Shown: positions 39,350-49,260 of the stretch, piece after piece | How the letters are laid out: every line of letters begins with the position of its first letter | How positions within the stretch are numbered: the first letter of the stretch is position 1 | Assembly: GCF_000961795.1 (NCBI RefSeq) | Contig: NZ_LADU01000108.1 | Location: 1,425-65,424, forward strand | Reading direction: 5' to 3' | Source of the DNA: Hyphomonas sp. BRH_c22 | Lineage (GTDB): Bacteria > Pseudomonadota > Alphaproteobacteria > Caulobacterales > Hyphomonadaceae | DNA length: 64,000 bases | Program-made: the position numbers and the translations under genes | The notes under the pieces: generated by a model | The model's input: the letters and a program-made list of their open reading frames with translations, nothing else | What the model was told of the DNA's origin: nothing | Databases searched by the model: none

Positions 39350-41575
39350 CTATTTCTTCTCCAGATCCAGTTCGTCCGTCTTGCCGACGGCGGCGAGGGC
39401 GAAGGCGTATTCGATCGCGGTTTCCTTCAGGCCCTCAAAGCGGCCGGAGGCGCCGCCATGGCCGGCTTCCATGTTGATGCGCAGGAAGTAGGGGCCGCCT
39501 TCGGGGGCCTCGTGGCGCAGCTTGGCTGCCCATTTGCTGGGCTCCCAATAGGTGACACGCGGATCGGACAGGCCGCCGGTGATCAGCATGGCCGGATAGG
39601 GCTGGCGGGTGACGTTGTCATACGGGCTGTAGGACGCGATCATGTCATAATCAGTCTCGCTGGTGAGCGGATTGCCCCATTCGGGCCATTCCGGCGGTGT
39701 CAGCGGCAGGCTCTCATCCGACATCGTGTTGACGACATCGACGAAGGGCACAGCCGCGATGATGCCCGCGAAGAGTTCCGGGTCCATGTTCGCCGCGGCG
39801 CCCATCAGCAGGCCACCGGCCGATCCGCCATGGCCGACCAGCTTGCCCCTCGACGAATAGCCCTGATCGACGAGGAACTGGCCGGCGGCAATATAGTCCT
39901 TGAACGTATTGGTCTTCTTCTCGAGCTTGCCGTCGAGATACCATTGATAGCCCTTGGCCATTGAGCCGCGCGGGTGGACGATGGCGTACACGAAGCCGCG
40001 ATCGACGAGGCTGAGGCGGCCGGTGCGGAAGTCTGCCGGGATGGTGATGCCGTATGAGCCATAGCCGTAGAGCAGGAGTGGGGCAGACCCGTCGACGGGC
40101 GTATCCTTGCGCCGCAGCACCGTGACCGGCACAAGCGCGCCATCCCATGACGGCGCCATCACGCGTTCCGAGACATAATCGTCCGGATTGTGGCCGGAGG
40201 GCACTTCGCGTGTCTTGCGCAGGGTGCGCTCGCGCGTGGTGAGGTCATAGTCGATGACCTGGTCCGGCGTGGTGGGCGAGGCGTAATCGAAACGCAGGAT
40301 GGGTGTGTTAAAATCATAGCCGCTGTCGAGGCCGAGATCATAGGCGGCTTCATCGAAGCTGATTTGGTGCTCTGCCCCGTCGGCGCGGGCCCGCACGACG
40401 ATGCGTGGCAGGCCGTTCTCGCGCTCCATGCGGGCGAGATAGTCTTTCTGGGGCTGCATGCCGAGCAGGAGCGTGCCGGGACGGTGCGGGATGACCTCTT
40501 CCCACTGGTCGCGGGAGGTGGCCTCCATCGGCGCCTTCATGATCTTGAAGTCGACCGCGCCATCAAGATTGGTGGAGATATAGAACTGGCCGTCCCAATG
40601 GACGACGGAATATTCATTGTCGGTCTGGCGCGGCGCCACCGTGCGCAGGTTGGGGTTCAGTTCACTGGCCTTGAACCAGTGGATTTCCGATGTCGTGTGG
40701 CCGGAGGCATTGATGAAGATCACCTCTTCGCTGGCGCTCTTGTCGATGCCGACGAAAAAGCCCGGGTCTTTCTCTTCATAGAGCAGCGTGTCTTCGCCGG
40801 TGGCAAGGTTGCGCTGGTAGACGGCGTCCGGGCGGGCATTCTCGTCGCGATGCACCCATACGATGGCCTGTCCGTTGGCGGACCATTCGAAGCTGCCATA
40901 GGCATTGTCGATCACGGCGGCGGTTTCAGTGCCGGATTCAATGTCCTGGATATGGATCTTGTAGAATTCGCTGCCCTGGGTATCGACCGAATAGGCAACC
41001 AGCTTGTGGTCGGGGCTGGTGTCGATGCCGCCGAAGGAGAAATACTCCTTGTCCTTGCCCATCGCATCACCGTCCAGGAGGATGGTTTCGGTTGCTTCGG
41101 GATTGAAGGCGTCAACCGCCGGCCGGCGGGCAATGATCGGATACTCGCCGCCCTGCCGGTAGCGGGTGTAATAGGCCCACGGGCCATCGATTTCCGGGAC
41201 GGTGCTGTCGTCTTCCTTGATGCGGCCGCGCATCTCCTTGAACAGTTCGTCGCGCAGCGCCGTTGTCGGCTCTTCCAGCACGGCCTTGGTGTAGGCGTTC
41301 TCGGCCTCCAGATAGGTGCGGATGTCGGCGCGCAGCACGGTTGGATCGCGCATGACTTCCTGCCAGTTATCATCCTTCATCCAGTTATAGGGATCATTGC
41401 GGGTGCGGTTCACCTGCGTGATCTCGTGGTCAATGCGCTCAGCGACCGGAGGCTGGGGCGCGGGCGTTGCGGCCGGTGTTTCAGCCACGGTCTCGGTAGG
41501 CTTGGTATCTGTCATGGTGCATCCGGTCAGAAGGGCAGCCGTGGCTGCGCTGGCGAGAAGAATTGAAAGGCGCAT
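39350..41575 (-). CDS. ptrB: Oligopeptidase B-like S9A peptidase with lipoprotein signal
   Basis: DPYNWM, YGYGSYG, GGSAGG, VPFVDV, EWGNP, DPRV.YWEP.KW, AGHGGASGRF. Lipobox LTGC. Confidence 0.9.
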   Translation of the reverse strand: MRLSILLASAATAALLTGCTMTDTKPTETVAETPAATPAPQPPVAERIDHEITQVNRTRNDPYNWMKDDNWQEVMRDPTVLRADIRTYLEAENAYTKAVLEEPTTALRDELFKEMRGRIKEDDSTVPEIDGPWAYYTRYRQGGEYPIIARRPAVDAFNPEATETILLDGDAMGKDKEYFSFGGIDTSPDHKLVAYSVDTQGSEFYKIHIQDIESGTETAAVIDNAYGSFEWSANGQAIVWVHRDENARPDAVYQRNLATGEDTLLYEEKDPGFFVGIDKSASEEVIFINASGHTTSEIHWFKASELNPNLRTVAPRQTDNEYSVVHWDGQFYISTNLDGAVDFKIMKAPMEATSRDQWEEVIPHRPGTLLLGMQPQKDYLARMERENGLPRIVVRARADGAEHQISFDEAAYDLGLDSGYDFNTPILRFDYASPTTPDQVIDYDLTTRERTLRKTREVPSGHNPDDYVSERVMAPSWDGALVPVTVLRRKDTPVDGSAPLLLYGYGSYGITIPADFRTGRLSLVDRGFVYAIVHPRGSMAKGYQWYLDGKLEKKTNTFKDYIAAGQFLVDQGYSSRGKLVGHGGSAGGLLMGAAANMDPELFAGIIAAVPFVDVVNTMSDESLPLTPPEWPEWGNPLTSETDYDMIASYSPYDNVTRQPYPAMLITGGLSDPRVTYWEPSKWAAKLRHEAPEGGPYFLRINMEAGHGGASGRFEGLKETAIEYAFALAAVGKTDELDLEKK

Positions 41576-41648
41576 GCGGCCGGCTCCTGTCATGTTGAGG
41601 CGTTGAATTCGGGTGGAGTGGATCAGGCGCGCCTGCGCCTGTCCAGAC

Positions 41649-42059
41649 CTATTCGGCTGGCTGGAAGTCCAGAACCACACCGTTGATGCACCAGCGCTCG
41701 CCGGTCGGCGGCGGGCCGTCCTTGAAGACGTGGCCCTGATGCAGGCCGCAGATGGCGCAGTGGCATTCTGTGCGGGGGATGATCATCTTGAAGTCTGTCT
41801 TGGTGGCGACGACGCCTTCGGAGGCGGGCTGCCAGTAGCTCGGCCAGCCGGTGCCGCTGTCAAACTTGTGCTCGGACGACCAGAGCACGGTGTCGCAGCC
41901 CTTGCAGTGATAGTTGCCCTTGCGCTTCTCGCCCTCGTAATTGCCGGGGGTGAAAGCGCGTTCGGTGCCTTCCTTCACGCCGACGCGGAATTCCTCATCC
42001 GTGAGGACGTCACGCCATTCGCGGTCTGAACGCTGGATTTTGGTGCCTGTGGCAGACAT
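41649..42059 (-). CDS. msrB: Peptide-methionine (R)-S-oxide reductase
   Basis: GTERAFT, KFDSGTGWPSY, GHVFKDGP.PTG.RWCIN, two CxxC motifs. Confidence 0.96.
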   Translation of the reverse strand: MSATGTKIQRSDREWRDVLTDEEFRVGVKEGTERAFTPGNYEGEKRKGNYHCKGCDTVLWSSEHKFDSGTGWPSYWQPASEGVVATKTDFKMIIPRTECHCAICGLHQGHVFKDGPPPTGERWCINGVVLDFQPAE

Positions 42060-42088
42060 GGGAGCCTCCTGTGCCGGGTTTGTCCTCT

Positions 42089-42117
42089 ATATAGGCCGTC
42101 CTGCTGATACCGCCAAC
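42089..42117 (-). promoter_or_regulatory. Putative RpoH-type promoter of msrB
   Basis: Minus strand GTTG-N18-CCTATAT, close to the alphaproteobacterial RpoH pattern CTTG-N17/18-cCTATAT. Confidence 0.35.
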
Positions 42118-42249
42118 GATGGTGGCCATCCTTTGCCAGCCAGGCCGGGAGCAATGATTGGCGTATGCCTGACATGAAAATGGGAAGCCCGGCTGGCCTC
42201 CCATTCCTGCCCCTCCAGATGGGGCAAATCATTCAGCGGGGCCTGCCGG

Positions 42250-42705
42250 TCAGCCGTAGAGAACCGTGATCGATTCGGCGACGAGGGCCGGGCGTTCCTG
42301 GCCTTCGATTTCGACCGTGCTTTCCATGATCATCTGCTTGCCGCCCGACTTTTCGGTGACGGACTTGCAGTTTTGGCGAAGGCGGACCTTGGAACCGACC
42401 GGCACCATGTTGGTGAAGCGGACCTTGTCAGAGCCATAATTGATGCCGCGCGTCACGCCCGAGACGTTGAGCACTTCGGAGCCGAGCATGGGCAGGAGCG
42501 AGAGCGTGAGGAAGCCGTGCGCGATGGGGCCGCCCATGGCCTTGGTGGCCCGCTCGACGTCGACATGGATCCACTGGTGGTCGCCGGTGGCCTCGGCAAA
42601 CATGTTGACGCGGTCTTGGTCGATTGTGTGCCAGTCGGACACGCCGACTTCAGTGCCTGCAAGGGATTCAAGGTCGGCAAACGCGACTTTTTTCGGATTG
42701 GCCAT
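42250..42705 (-). CDS. MaoC-family (R)-hydratase
   Basis: FAEATGDHQWIHVD, IAHGFLTLS, NYG.DKVRF. Confidence 0.9.
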   Translation of the reverse strand: MANPKKVAFADLESLAGTEVGVSDWHTIDQDRVNMFAEATGDHQWIHVDVERATKAMGGPIAHGFLTLSLLPMLGSEVLNVSGVTRGINYGSDKVRFTNMVPVGSKVRLRQNCKSVTEKSGGKQMIMESTVEIEGQERPALVAESITVLYG

Positions 42706-42846
42706 GGGGATTTCCTCCAGAGTTTCTGCTGGCGCTAGTTCTGGCGCGGGCAGGCCATTCCGGCAAGGTTTACCAAGCGTCAATTCGCTGGACCTAGGGC
42801 TGATTCTCGCAAATACTGCATGAATGGGCTGAAATGGGAGACGCAC

Positions 42847-43203
42847 ATGACTGATCCGAACCAGATTTCCGTTGATCCGAACACCAGGGGCAACGCCAAC
42901 CTGATCTATATTCTCTACCTCGTCGGCATCGTGGTCGGCATCACGCCGATCGTCGGCGTCATCATGGCCTATCTGGGCAAGGGCAAGGGCGATGCCGTGC
43001 TGGAGAGCCATTACAACAACCAGATCAACATTTTCTGGAAGGGCCTGCTTTACAGCGTGATCGGCGTTGTGCTGACGGCCGTTCTGATCGGTGTGCTGAT
43101 CCTGCTCGCTGCGCTGGTCTGGTACATCATCCGCTGCGTCAAGGGCATGCAGGCGCTGTCCGCTGGCCAGGCAATCGAGAATCCGGGCAGCTGGTTGTTC
43201 TGA
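42847..43203 (+). CDS. Small membrane protein (DUF4870-like)
   Basis: IYILYL, GVIMAY, SHY..QI..FW, W.I.R..KG. Three hydrophobic segments. Confidence 0.8.
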   Translation: MTDPNQISVDPNTRGNANLIYILYLVGIVVGITPIVGVIMAYLGKGKGDAVLESHYNNQINIFWKGLLYSVIGVVLTAVLIGVLILLAALVWYIIRCVKGMQALSAGQAIENPGSWLF

Positions 43204-43230
43204 TCCGGTATCACTGGACGTCACGCATTG

Positions 43231-43261
43231 AACAGCCGCTCCTTCCGGGGCGGCTGTTTTC
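43231..43261. terminator. Intrinsic terminator
   Basis: AACAGCCGCTCC-TTCC-GGGGCGGCTGTTTT hairpin. Confidence 0.85.
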
Positions 43262-43276
43262 ACTTCGGCGCCCTGT

Positions 43277-44824
43277 TCAGACGATGCGGCTCTGGGAATT
43301 GCCCCAGTACTTGTCACGGATCAGGCGCTTGTAGAGCTTGCCAGTCGGATGGCGCGGCAATTCCGGGTCGAAGTCGATGCTCCTGGGGCATTTGATCTTC
43401 GACAGGTTGGCCTGGCAGAACGCCATCAGTTCGGCGGCGAGTTCCGGCGAATGAGCCTGGCCGGGCATCGGCTGGACCACGGCCTTCACGGCCTCGCCGA
43501 ATTCCTCGTCCGGCACGCCGATCACTGCGCAGTCGGCGACTTTCGGATGGGTGATGAGGATGTTCTCGCATTCCTGCGGATAGATGTTCACGCCGCCGGA
43601 AATGATCATGAACGCCTTGCGGTCTGTCAGGTAGAGGAAGCCGTCCTCGTCCAGCTTGCCGACATCGCCCAGCGATGACCAGTCGGCGTGCTTCGCGTGG
43701 AGGGCACCTTTGGTCTTGTCGGGATCATTGTGATAGGTCGGCGGCACCGTGCCGCTGAAATAGACCTGGCCCTCTTCGCCGACCGGCACTTCATTGCCTT
43801 CCTCGTCGCAGATATGGACCACGCCGTGTACGGGCCTGCCCACTGTGCCCTTGTGGGTCATCCAGTCGGCGGACTTGACCCAGGTCATCCCGTTGCCTTC
43901 GGAGCCGGCATAATACTCGTCGATGATGGGCCCCCACCATTCGATCATCTGCTGCTTGACCGGGATCGGGCACGGCGCGGCGGCGTGGATGGCGAATTGC
44001 AGGCTGGAGACGTCATACTTCTCGCGCACCTCCGGCGGGAGCTTCAGCATCTTCACGAACATGGTCGGGACAAGTTGGGAATGCGTCACCTTGTATTTCT
44101 CGACAAGCTGGAGGTAAGCCTCCGGATCGAACTTCTCCATGATGACGAGTGACGCGCCGAGCTTCGTCATTGACATGCTCCAGCGCAGCGGCGCGGCATG
44201 ATAGAGGGGAGCAGGTGACAGGTAGACGGAATCCTCCGTGACGCCGGCAAGGCCGCGGCAGATCTGCACGAGCACGTTGTCGGCGTCGATGGGCAGGCCT
44301 CGCTCCAGCGGCGGGCGGATGCCCTTGGGTCGGCCGGTCGTTCCGGATGAATAGAGCATGTCGGTGCCAGCCATCTCGTCCGGGATTGGCATGACGGGAA
44401 ATTTGCTCCGCAGCGTTTCCAGCGGCGTGAAGCCCGCAATATCACCGTCAATCGACCAGTAGGCGTCAAGCTTGGTGACGGCCTTCACGTCCTTTGCGAC
44501 GGCGGATTTGTGGGCATCCGCGATCAGCAGCTTCGAGCCGGAATCCTCGACGATGTATTGCACTTCCGGCGTGGTCAGGCGCGACGAGATGCAGACGTAA
44601 TACAGGCCCGAACGCTGGGCGGCCCAGCAGATCTCGAAGTACCGCGCCGAGTTTTCGGCAAACAGGGCGATCGTATCGCCAGGCTGGCATCCGGCTTCGC
44701 GCAGCGCATGGGCGATCTGGTTGGAGCGTTCGTCGAGCTGGCGGAAGGTGACGACCTCGCCGCTGCCAGCCATGGTGTAGGCGGGGTGGTCAGGCCGGGT
44801 CCTGGCGTGATGGAAGGGGTGCAT
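43277..44824 (-). CDS. Acyl-CoA synthetase (AMP-binding)
   Basis: YSSGTTGRPKG, EYYAGSE, GDVG.LD.DG.LY, ISGGVNIYP, TGKL. Confidence 0.93.
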   Translation of the reverse strand: MHPFHHARTRPDHPAYTMAGSGEVVTFRQLDERSNQIAHALREAGCQPGDTIALFAENSARYFEICWAAQRSGLYYVCISSRLTTPEVQYIVEDSGSKLLIADAHKSAVAKDVKAVTKLDAYWSIDGDIAGFTPLETLRSKFPVMPIPDEMAGTDMLYSSGTTGRPKGIRPPLERGLPIDADNVLVQICRGLAGVTEDSVYLSPAPLYHAAPLRWSMSMTKLGASLVIMEKFDPEAYLQLVEKYKVTHSQLVPTMFVKMLKLPPEVREKYDVSSLQFAIHAAAPCPIPVKQQMIEWWGPIIDEYYAGSEGNGMTWVKSADWMTHKGTVGRPVHGVVHICDEEGNEVPVGEEGQVYFSGTVPPTYHNDPDKTKGALHAKHADWSSLGDVGKLDEDGFLYLTDRKAFMIISGGVNIYPQECENILITHPKVADCAVIGVPDEEFGEAVKAVVQPMPGQAHSPELAAELMAFCQANLSKIKCPRSIDFDPELPRHPTGKLYKRLIRDKYWGNSQSRIV

Positions 44825-44933
44825 CTGCGTTTCGCTCCGTTGGACTGGCGGCGCCGTTCACGGCGCCTGCCGGATGGTTTGGCCAAACTTATCCGACCTG
44901 CATCCTGCGTCCACTGCCGACGCAAGGGAAACC

Positions 44934-45518
44934 TCAGAAGCGGCGCAGCCAGTAGTGCATCAGGTGCGATACGGGCGGGCCGCCCTCGCTTTCGGGCCAG
45001 TCGAACGTGCAGGTCGTGTCCGGCAGCAGGTTGTAGCCGCGCTTGGTCCAGAATGCGTCCAGCGGGCGATAGGCGGGCGGGCGCTGGGGGTGGCCAGGCG
45101 GGCGGTCGACGGCGCAAAAGCAGGCGGATGTGTAGCCACGGGAGATGGCGTGGGCTTCACGGGCGTCGAAGAAGGCGTGGCCGAGCCCCCGTCCTCGATA
45201 GGCCGGCAGCAGGACAGACTCGCCGAAATAAAATGTCGAGGCGAGGTTGAAGCCGGCCTTGCGTAGCGGATCGGCAAATTCTGCGTGATGGCTGGTCAGG
45301 GCCGACCCGGTGGCGCATCCGACAATGTTGCCATGGTCTGTCTCGGCCACCACGATGAACGCATCCAGTGCGGTGCCAAAGCTGCGCAGATAGTCCTGTT
45401 CGTAGTCTTCGGTCCCAGCATAGAGATAGGGGAAGCTGCGGAAGACATTGATGCGCAGGCGGGCAAGGGCAGGCAGGGCCTGTTCCATGTCCGCACCTGT
45501 CAATGACTGCACGATCAT
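44934..45518 (-). CDS. GNAT-family acyltransferase
   Basis: LARLRI.VF..FPYLY.G, YFGESVLL..YRGRGLG, FW.KRGY. ATGA overlap with the upstream gene. Confidence 0.85.
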   Translation of the reverse strand: MIVQSLTGADMEQALPALARLRINVFRSFPYLYAGTEDYEQDYLRSFGTALDAFIVVAETDHGNIVGCATGSALTSHHAEFADPLRKAGFNLASTFYFGESVLLPAYRGRGLGHAFFDAREAHAISRGYTSACFCAVDRPPGHPQRPPAYRPLDAFWTKRGYNLLPDTTCTFDWPESEGGPPVSHLMHYWLRRF

Positions 45519-45913
45519 GTGACCTGTCGGATCCATTCCTGGAGATTGTAATAGGTGGTCACCCGCGTGATTTCGTCATCGCTGATCTCGAAGAAGGCGC
45601 CTGCGGGCAGGCGGTATTCCTGGCCGTTGGCTGGCGGAAGCCCATCATCGGTTTTTTTGTAGACGCCGTTGACGATGAATTCGGCAGCCGCGCGGCTGCC
45701 ATCCGGCGAAACCATGATGGCGAGACCGGTGAGGGTCTCGTCGTAGCATTCGTCCATGTGCGCGATGAAGGCCGCAAACTTTTCCTTCCCGCCGCGCCGC
45801 CCGCCCTCATTGACATCATGGCTGAGATTGTCGCTGACGCAGGCCAGCATGCCGTCCCAGTCCTTGGCGTTGAAGGCGGAATAATAGCGGGCGATCAGGT
45901 CGGACGGGCTCAT
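45515..45913 (-). CDS. Ketosteroid-isomerase/SnoaL-like (NTF2 fold) protein
   Basis: YY.AFN, HDVN.G, RAAAEF.V.G.Y..TD.GLP.A.GQ.Y.LP, RVTTYYN..EW. Confidence 0.85.
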   Translation of the reverse strand: MSPSDLIARYYSAFNAKDWDGMLACVSDNLSHDVNEGGRRGGKEKFAAFIAHMDECYDETLTGLAIMVSPDGSRAAAEFIVNGVYKKTDDGLPPANGQEYRLPAGAFFEISDDEITRVTTYYNLQEWIRQVT

Positions 45914-46890
45914 GCTGCATGCGTTCCTGCTGGTGGAAGGCCGGGCGTGCCAGCCTGTTCCGGATGGTGTGCGACATAGATGGCCTTGAGTTCGGCAGAG
46001 CGGTTATGCCGGCCATCCGGGCTCCACCCGGGCGCGTTGATCGCGCGCCGGATCCAGCGGTCAGGCCGCAGGCCGTCACGGGTGCAGTCGCGCAGCAGGC
46101 CGCCGAATTCATGGAAGGCGATGATGAACGGGTTGAACGTGCCGAGGGGCTTGACGATACCGTAGACCGGCTTGTCGGTTTCGAGTTCCGACACGAACGT
46201 TCCGAACATCTTGTCCCACGTGATGAAGACACCGGCATAATTGGAATCGAGATAGCGCGGGTTGATCCCATGATGCACGCGGTGATGGCTCGGCGTGTTG
46301 AACACCGCCTCGAACCAGCGTGGCATCCGGTCGATGGCTTCGGTATGGATCCAGAACTGGTAGATCAGGTTCAGGCCGCCGACGAAGAAGATCATGTAGG
46401 GATGGAAGCCGATCAGCACCATGGGCACGCCTAGCAGGATCAGCCCGGTGAACGGCCCGTACCAGGGCTGGCGCAGGGCTGTGGTGAGATTGTAGTGCGT
46501 GCTGGAATGATGGGTGACATGTTCCATCCAGAACCAGCGCATGCGGTGGGCCAGCCTGTGCTTCCAGTAATAGGTGAAGTCATACAGGACGAAGGCCAGC
46601 AGAACGCTCCACCAGGTGAACGGAATGCCTTCGAAGCCCCAGCCGGAAATCGCCGAGATGGACAGGTGGTAGGGCCAGGCCAGCATCATCAGCCAGATCG
46701 TGACCATGCCTGTCAGCGTGTTGACGACGACGCTGCCGGTGCCCATGGCCAGGGAGGCCAGGGCGTCCCGGGTCTCGTAGTTGCCCTTCGCGTGTCCCGT
46801 CCGGACCGCCCACCATTCCCATATGACGGAAATGAGGAAGACGGGCGCAGCAAGCGTTGTCGGCTGTATGGTTGCGAGCCATTCAGGCAT
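45910..46890 (-). CDS. Sterol desaturase / fatty-acid hydroxylase family, alkylglycerol monooxygenase-like
   Basis: His boxes HRLAH, HVTHHSS, YQFWIHTE, PSHHRVHH, plus NY.G.F..WDK.FGTF. Confidence 0.88.
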   Translation of the reverse strand: MPEWLATIQPTTLAAPVFLISVIWEWWAVRTGHAKGNYETRDALASLAMGTGSVVVNTLTGMVTIWLMMLAWPYHLSISAISGWGFEGIPFTWWSVLLAFVLYDFTYYWKHRLAHRMRWFWMEHVTHHSSTHYNLTTALRQPWYGPFTGLILLGVPMVLIGFHPYMIFFVGGLNLIYQFWIHTEAIDRMPRWFEAVFNTPSHHRVHHGINPRYLDSNYAGVFITWDKMFGTFVSELETDKPVYGIVKPLGTFNPFIIAFHEFGGLLRDCTRDGLRPDRWIRRAINAPGWSPDGRHNRSAELKAIYVAHHPEQAGTPGLPPAGTHAA

Positions 46891-48191
46891 TATTTCGGCT
46901 CGGCGATGATGGCGCCGCCCTGCTTGTAGACGTGGCCATCCTTCATGATGAAGTTGACGTTTTCGAGAAGGGAAATGTCCTTGAGCGGATCACCGGTGAC
47001 GGCGACAAGGTCCGCCGCGCAACCGACATCGAGACAGCCGAGCAGGCCAGCCTTGCCAAGCGCCTCGGCGGAGGTTGCCGTGGCGGCCGTGATCGCCTGA
47101 ATCGGCGTCATGCCGAACTGGACCATGCGCGAGAACTGGTTCGGATTGTCGCCATGCGGATAGACGCCTGAGTCTGACCCGAAGACCATTTTCACGCCGG
47201 CCTTGTGGGCCGCCGTGAAGCTGTCGCGCTGGATTTTCGAGATCGATTTTTCCTTCTCCAGCGATTCAGCCAACACGCCATTCTTCTCGCCTTCGGCCAG
47301 CGTGTATTCGGTGTTGTAGATGTCCATGGAGAAATAGACGCCGCGTTCCTTTGCCAGTTCGATTGTATCAGCGTCCAGGATGCTGGCATGCTCGACCGTG
47401 TCGACACCGGCCAGGATGGCGTTGCGGATGCCGACCGTGCCATGGGCGTGGCTTGCCACTTTCAGACCGCGGGCGTGGGCTTCCTCGACTGCCGCCGTCA
47501 GCTCTTCCAGCGTGCCCTGCGCGGCGCCGAGGCTGGTGCCCTTGGAGAAGACGCCGCCCGTTGAGCAGGTCTTGATCAGGTCGACACCATACTTGATGTT
47601 CTCGCGCACCTTGGCGCGCATTTCCCAGGGGCCATTGGCCACGCCTTCCCCTTCGAGCCGGTATTCGGACGGAAGCAGGTTGATGTCCGAACAATGCCCG
47701 CCGGTAATGCCGACAGGCGGGCCGGAAACGAACATGCGCGGGCCGGGCACCTCGCCGTCGTTGATGGCATCCCGCAGGGCCACGTCGCCATAGCTTTCAG
47801 CGCCGACATTGCGAACGGTCGTGAAGCCGGCCAGCAGTGTCCTGCGCGCATTCTTGACGCCGGTGATGGCCATGCGCTCGTCGGACAGGCCGAGCGATTC
47901 GTAAGGGCCGGTTTCCGCGTCGCCGGTCAGGTGTGTGTGCATGTCGATAAAGCCGGGCATGACTGTTTCGCCGCCAAGATCGATCACCGTCGCGCCTTTG
48001 GGCACCTTCGTCGCACGCTGGGTGCCTGCGGCAATGACTTTGCCCGCGTCGATGACGAGTGCGGCGTCCTTCGACACCTTGCCCGTGACCGGATCAATAA
48101 GCGTTCCTGCCTTTACATAGACAGGGTCTGCGTGCGCTGCAGCGCTAATGGCGATGGCGGCGGCGCCAAGGAGGAGTCGGGAAAATGTCAT
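46890..48191 (-). CDS. Secreted metal-dependent amidohydrolase (Xaa-Pro dipeptidase-like)
   Basis: Signal peptide ending AHA, PGFIDMHTH, AGFTTVRN, HAHG, EH, FGSDSG. Confidence 0.9.
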   Translation of the reverse strand: MTFSRLLLGAAAIAISAAAHADPVYVKAGTLIDPVTGKVSKDAALVIDAGKVIAAGTQRATKVPKGATVIDLGGETVMPGFIDMHTHLTGDAETGPYESLGLSDERMAITGVKNARRTLLAGFTTVRNVGAESYGDVALRDAINDGEVPGPRMFVSGPPVGITGGHCSDINLLPSEYRLEGEGVANGPWEMRAKVRENIKYGVDLIKTCSTGGVFSKGTSLGAAQGTLEELTAAVEEAHARGLKVASHAHGTVGIRNAILAGVDTVEHASILDADTIELAKERGVYFSMDIYNTEYTLAEGEKNGVLAESLEKEKSISKIQRDSFTAAHKAGVKMVFGSDSGVYPHGDNPNQFSRMVQFGMTPIQAITAATATSAEALGKAGLLGCLDVGCAADLVAVTGDPLKDISLLENVNFIMKDGHVYKQGGAIIAEPK

Positions 48192-48342
48192 GAAGGTACT
48201 CTGTTCAGCTGTGATTTGGCGCAACTATCAGGATGAAATCACCAGCCGGTCAAGCCGGGGGCTGGTTTCCCCTGCGGCGCGCTTGACCTTAGCTGACGGG
48301 CGGGCAGTGTGGGGCCAACGATTGCCCCAAGGGAGATACGAC

Positions 48343-49254
48343 ATGGCACAGCCGAAAAAGTTTGAGCAGATTATCCTGGATATCGAGGACGGCATTGCCA
48401 TCCTGACGCTCAACCGCCCCGAAAAGATGAACGCCTTTACCGGCAAGATGATGTACGAACTGATCGAGGCGTTCGACATTACCGACGCGGATGACAGTGT
48501 GCGCGCCGTGATTGTGACGGGCGCAGGCGACCGCGCCTTCTGTGCCGGGGCAGACCTGTCTGAGGGCGCCAAGACGTTCGATTATGATGCCCGCGCCACG
48601 TCCGGCGAGGAAGGCCGCTCGGCTGATGTTGACATCCAGCGGGATGGCGGCGGGCGTGTGACGCTGCGCATCTTCGACAGCCTCAAGCCCGTTATCGGCG
48701 CAATCAATGGCGCCGCCGTGGGTATCGGCGTGACCATGCAGCTGCCAATGGATATCCGCATCGCATCGGACAATGCGCGCTTCGGCTTTGTGTTCAACCG
48801 AAGGGGCATCAACCCGGAAGCGGCGTCCAGCTGGTTCCTGCCGCGCCTCGTCGGCATCCAGCAGGCGCTGGCCTGGTGCTATTCCGGCCGCGTCTTCCCG
48901 GCGTCCGAAGCCCTGTCCGGCGGCCTTGTCCTGTCGGTGCATCCGCAGGCCGAATTGCTGGACGTCGCCAAGGCGATGGCCCGCGAGATCGCCGACAATA
49001 CGGCGGCCGTCTCCACCTCGCTCACGCGCCAGATGATGTGGCGCATGCTGGGCGCCAGCCACCCGATGGAGGCGCACATCGTGGACTCGGCTGCCATTTA
49101 TTCACGCGGCAAGACACCGGACGCCAAGGAAGGCGTGATGAGCTTCCTCGAGAAGCGCAAGCCGGAATACCCGGTGAAAGTGTCCGACGGCATGCCGAAC
49201 TTCTTCCCATGGTGGGAAGATCCGGAATTCACCTGGATTGGCGGCAACGACTAG
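48343..49254 (+). CDS. Enoyl-CoA hydratase/isomerase (crotonase)
   Basis: LNRPEKMNA, FCAGADL, KPVIGAING.AVG.G. Confidence 0.92.
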   Translation: MAQPKKFEQIILDIEDGIAILTLNRPEKMNAFTGKMMYELIEAFDITDADDSVRAVIVTGAGDRAFCAGADLSEGAKTFDYDARATSGEEGRSADVDIQRDGGGRVTLRIFDSLKPVIGAINGAAVGIGVTMQLPMDIRIASDNARFGFVFNRRGINPEAASSWFLPRLVGIQQALAWCYSGRVFPASEALSGGLVLSVHPQAELLDVAKAMAREIADNTAAVSTSLTRQMMWRMLGASHPMEAHIVDSAAIYSRGKTPDAKEGVMSFLEKRKPEYPVKVSDGMPNFFPWWEDPEFTWIGGND

Positions 49255-49260
49255 ACCGCC

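Noticed and set aside
42170-42230. Two short hairpins between the MaoC gene and msrB as a possible sRNA
   Set aside because: Imperfect stems, no U tail and no recognisable family. Most likely a 3' UTR structure.
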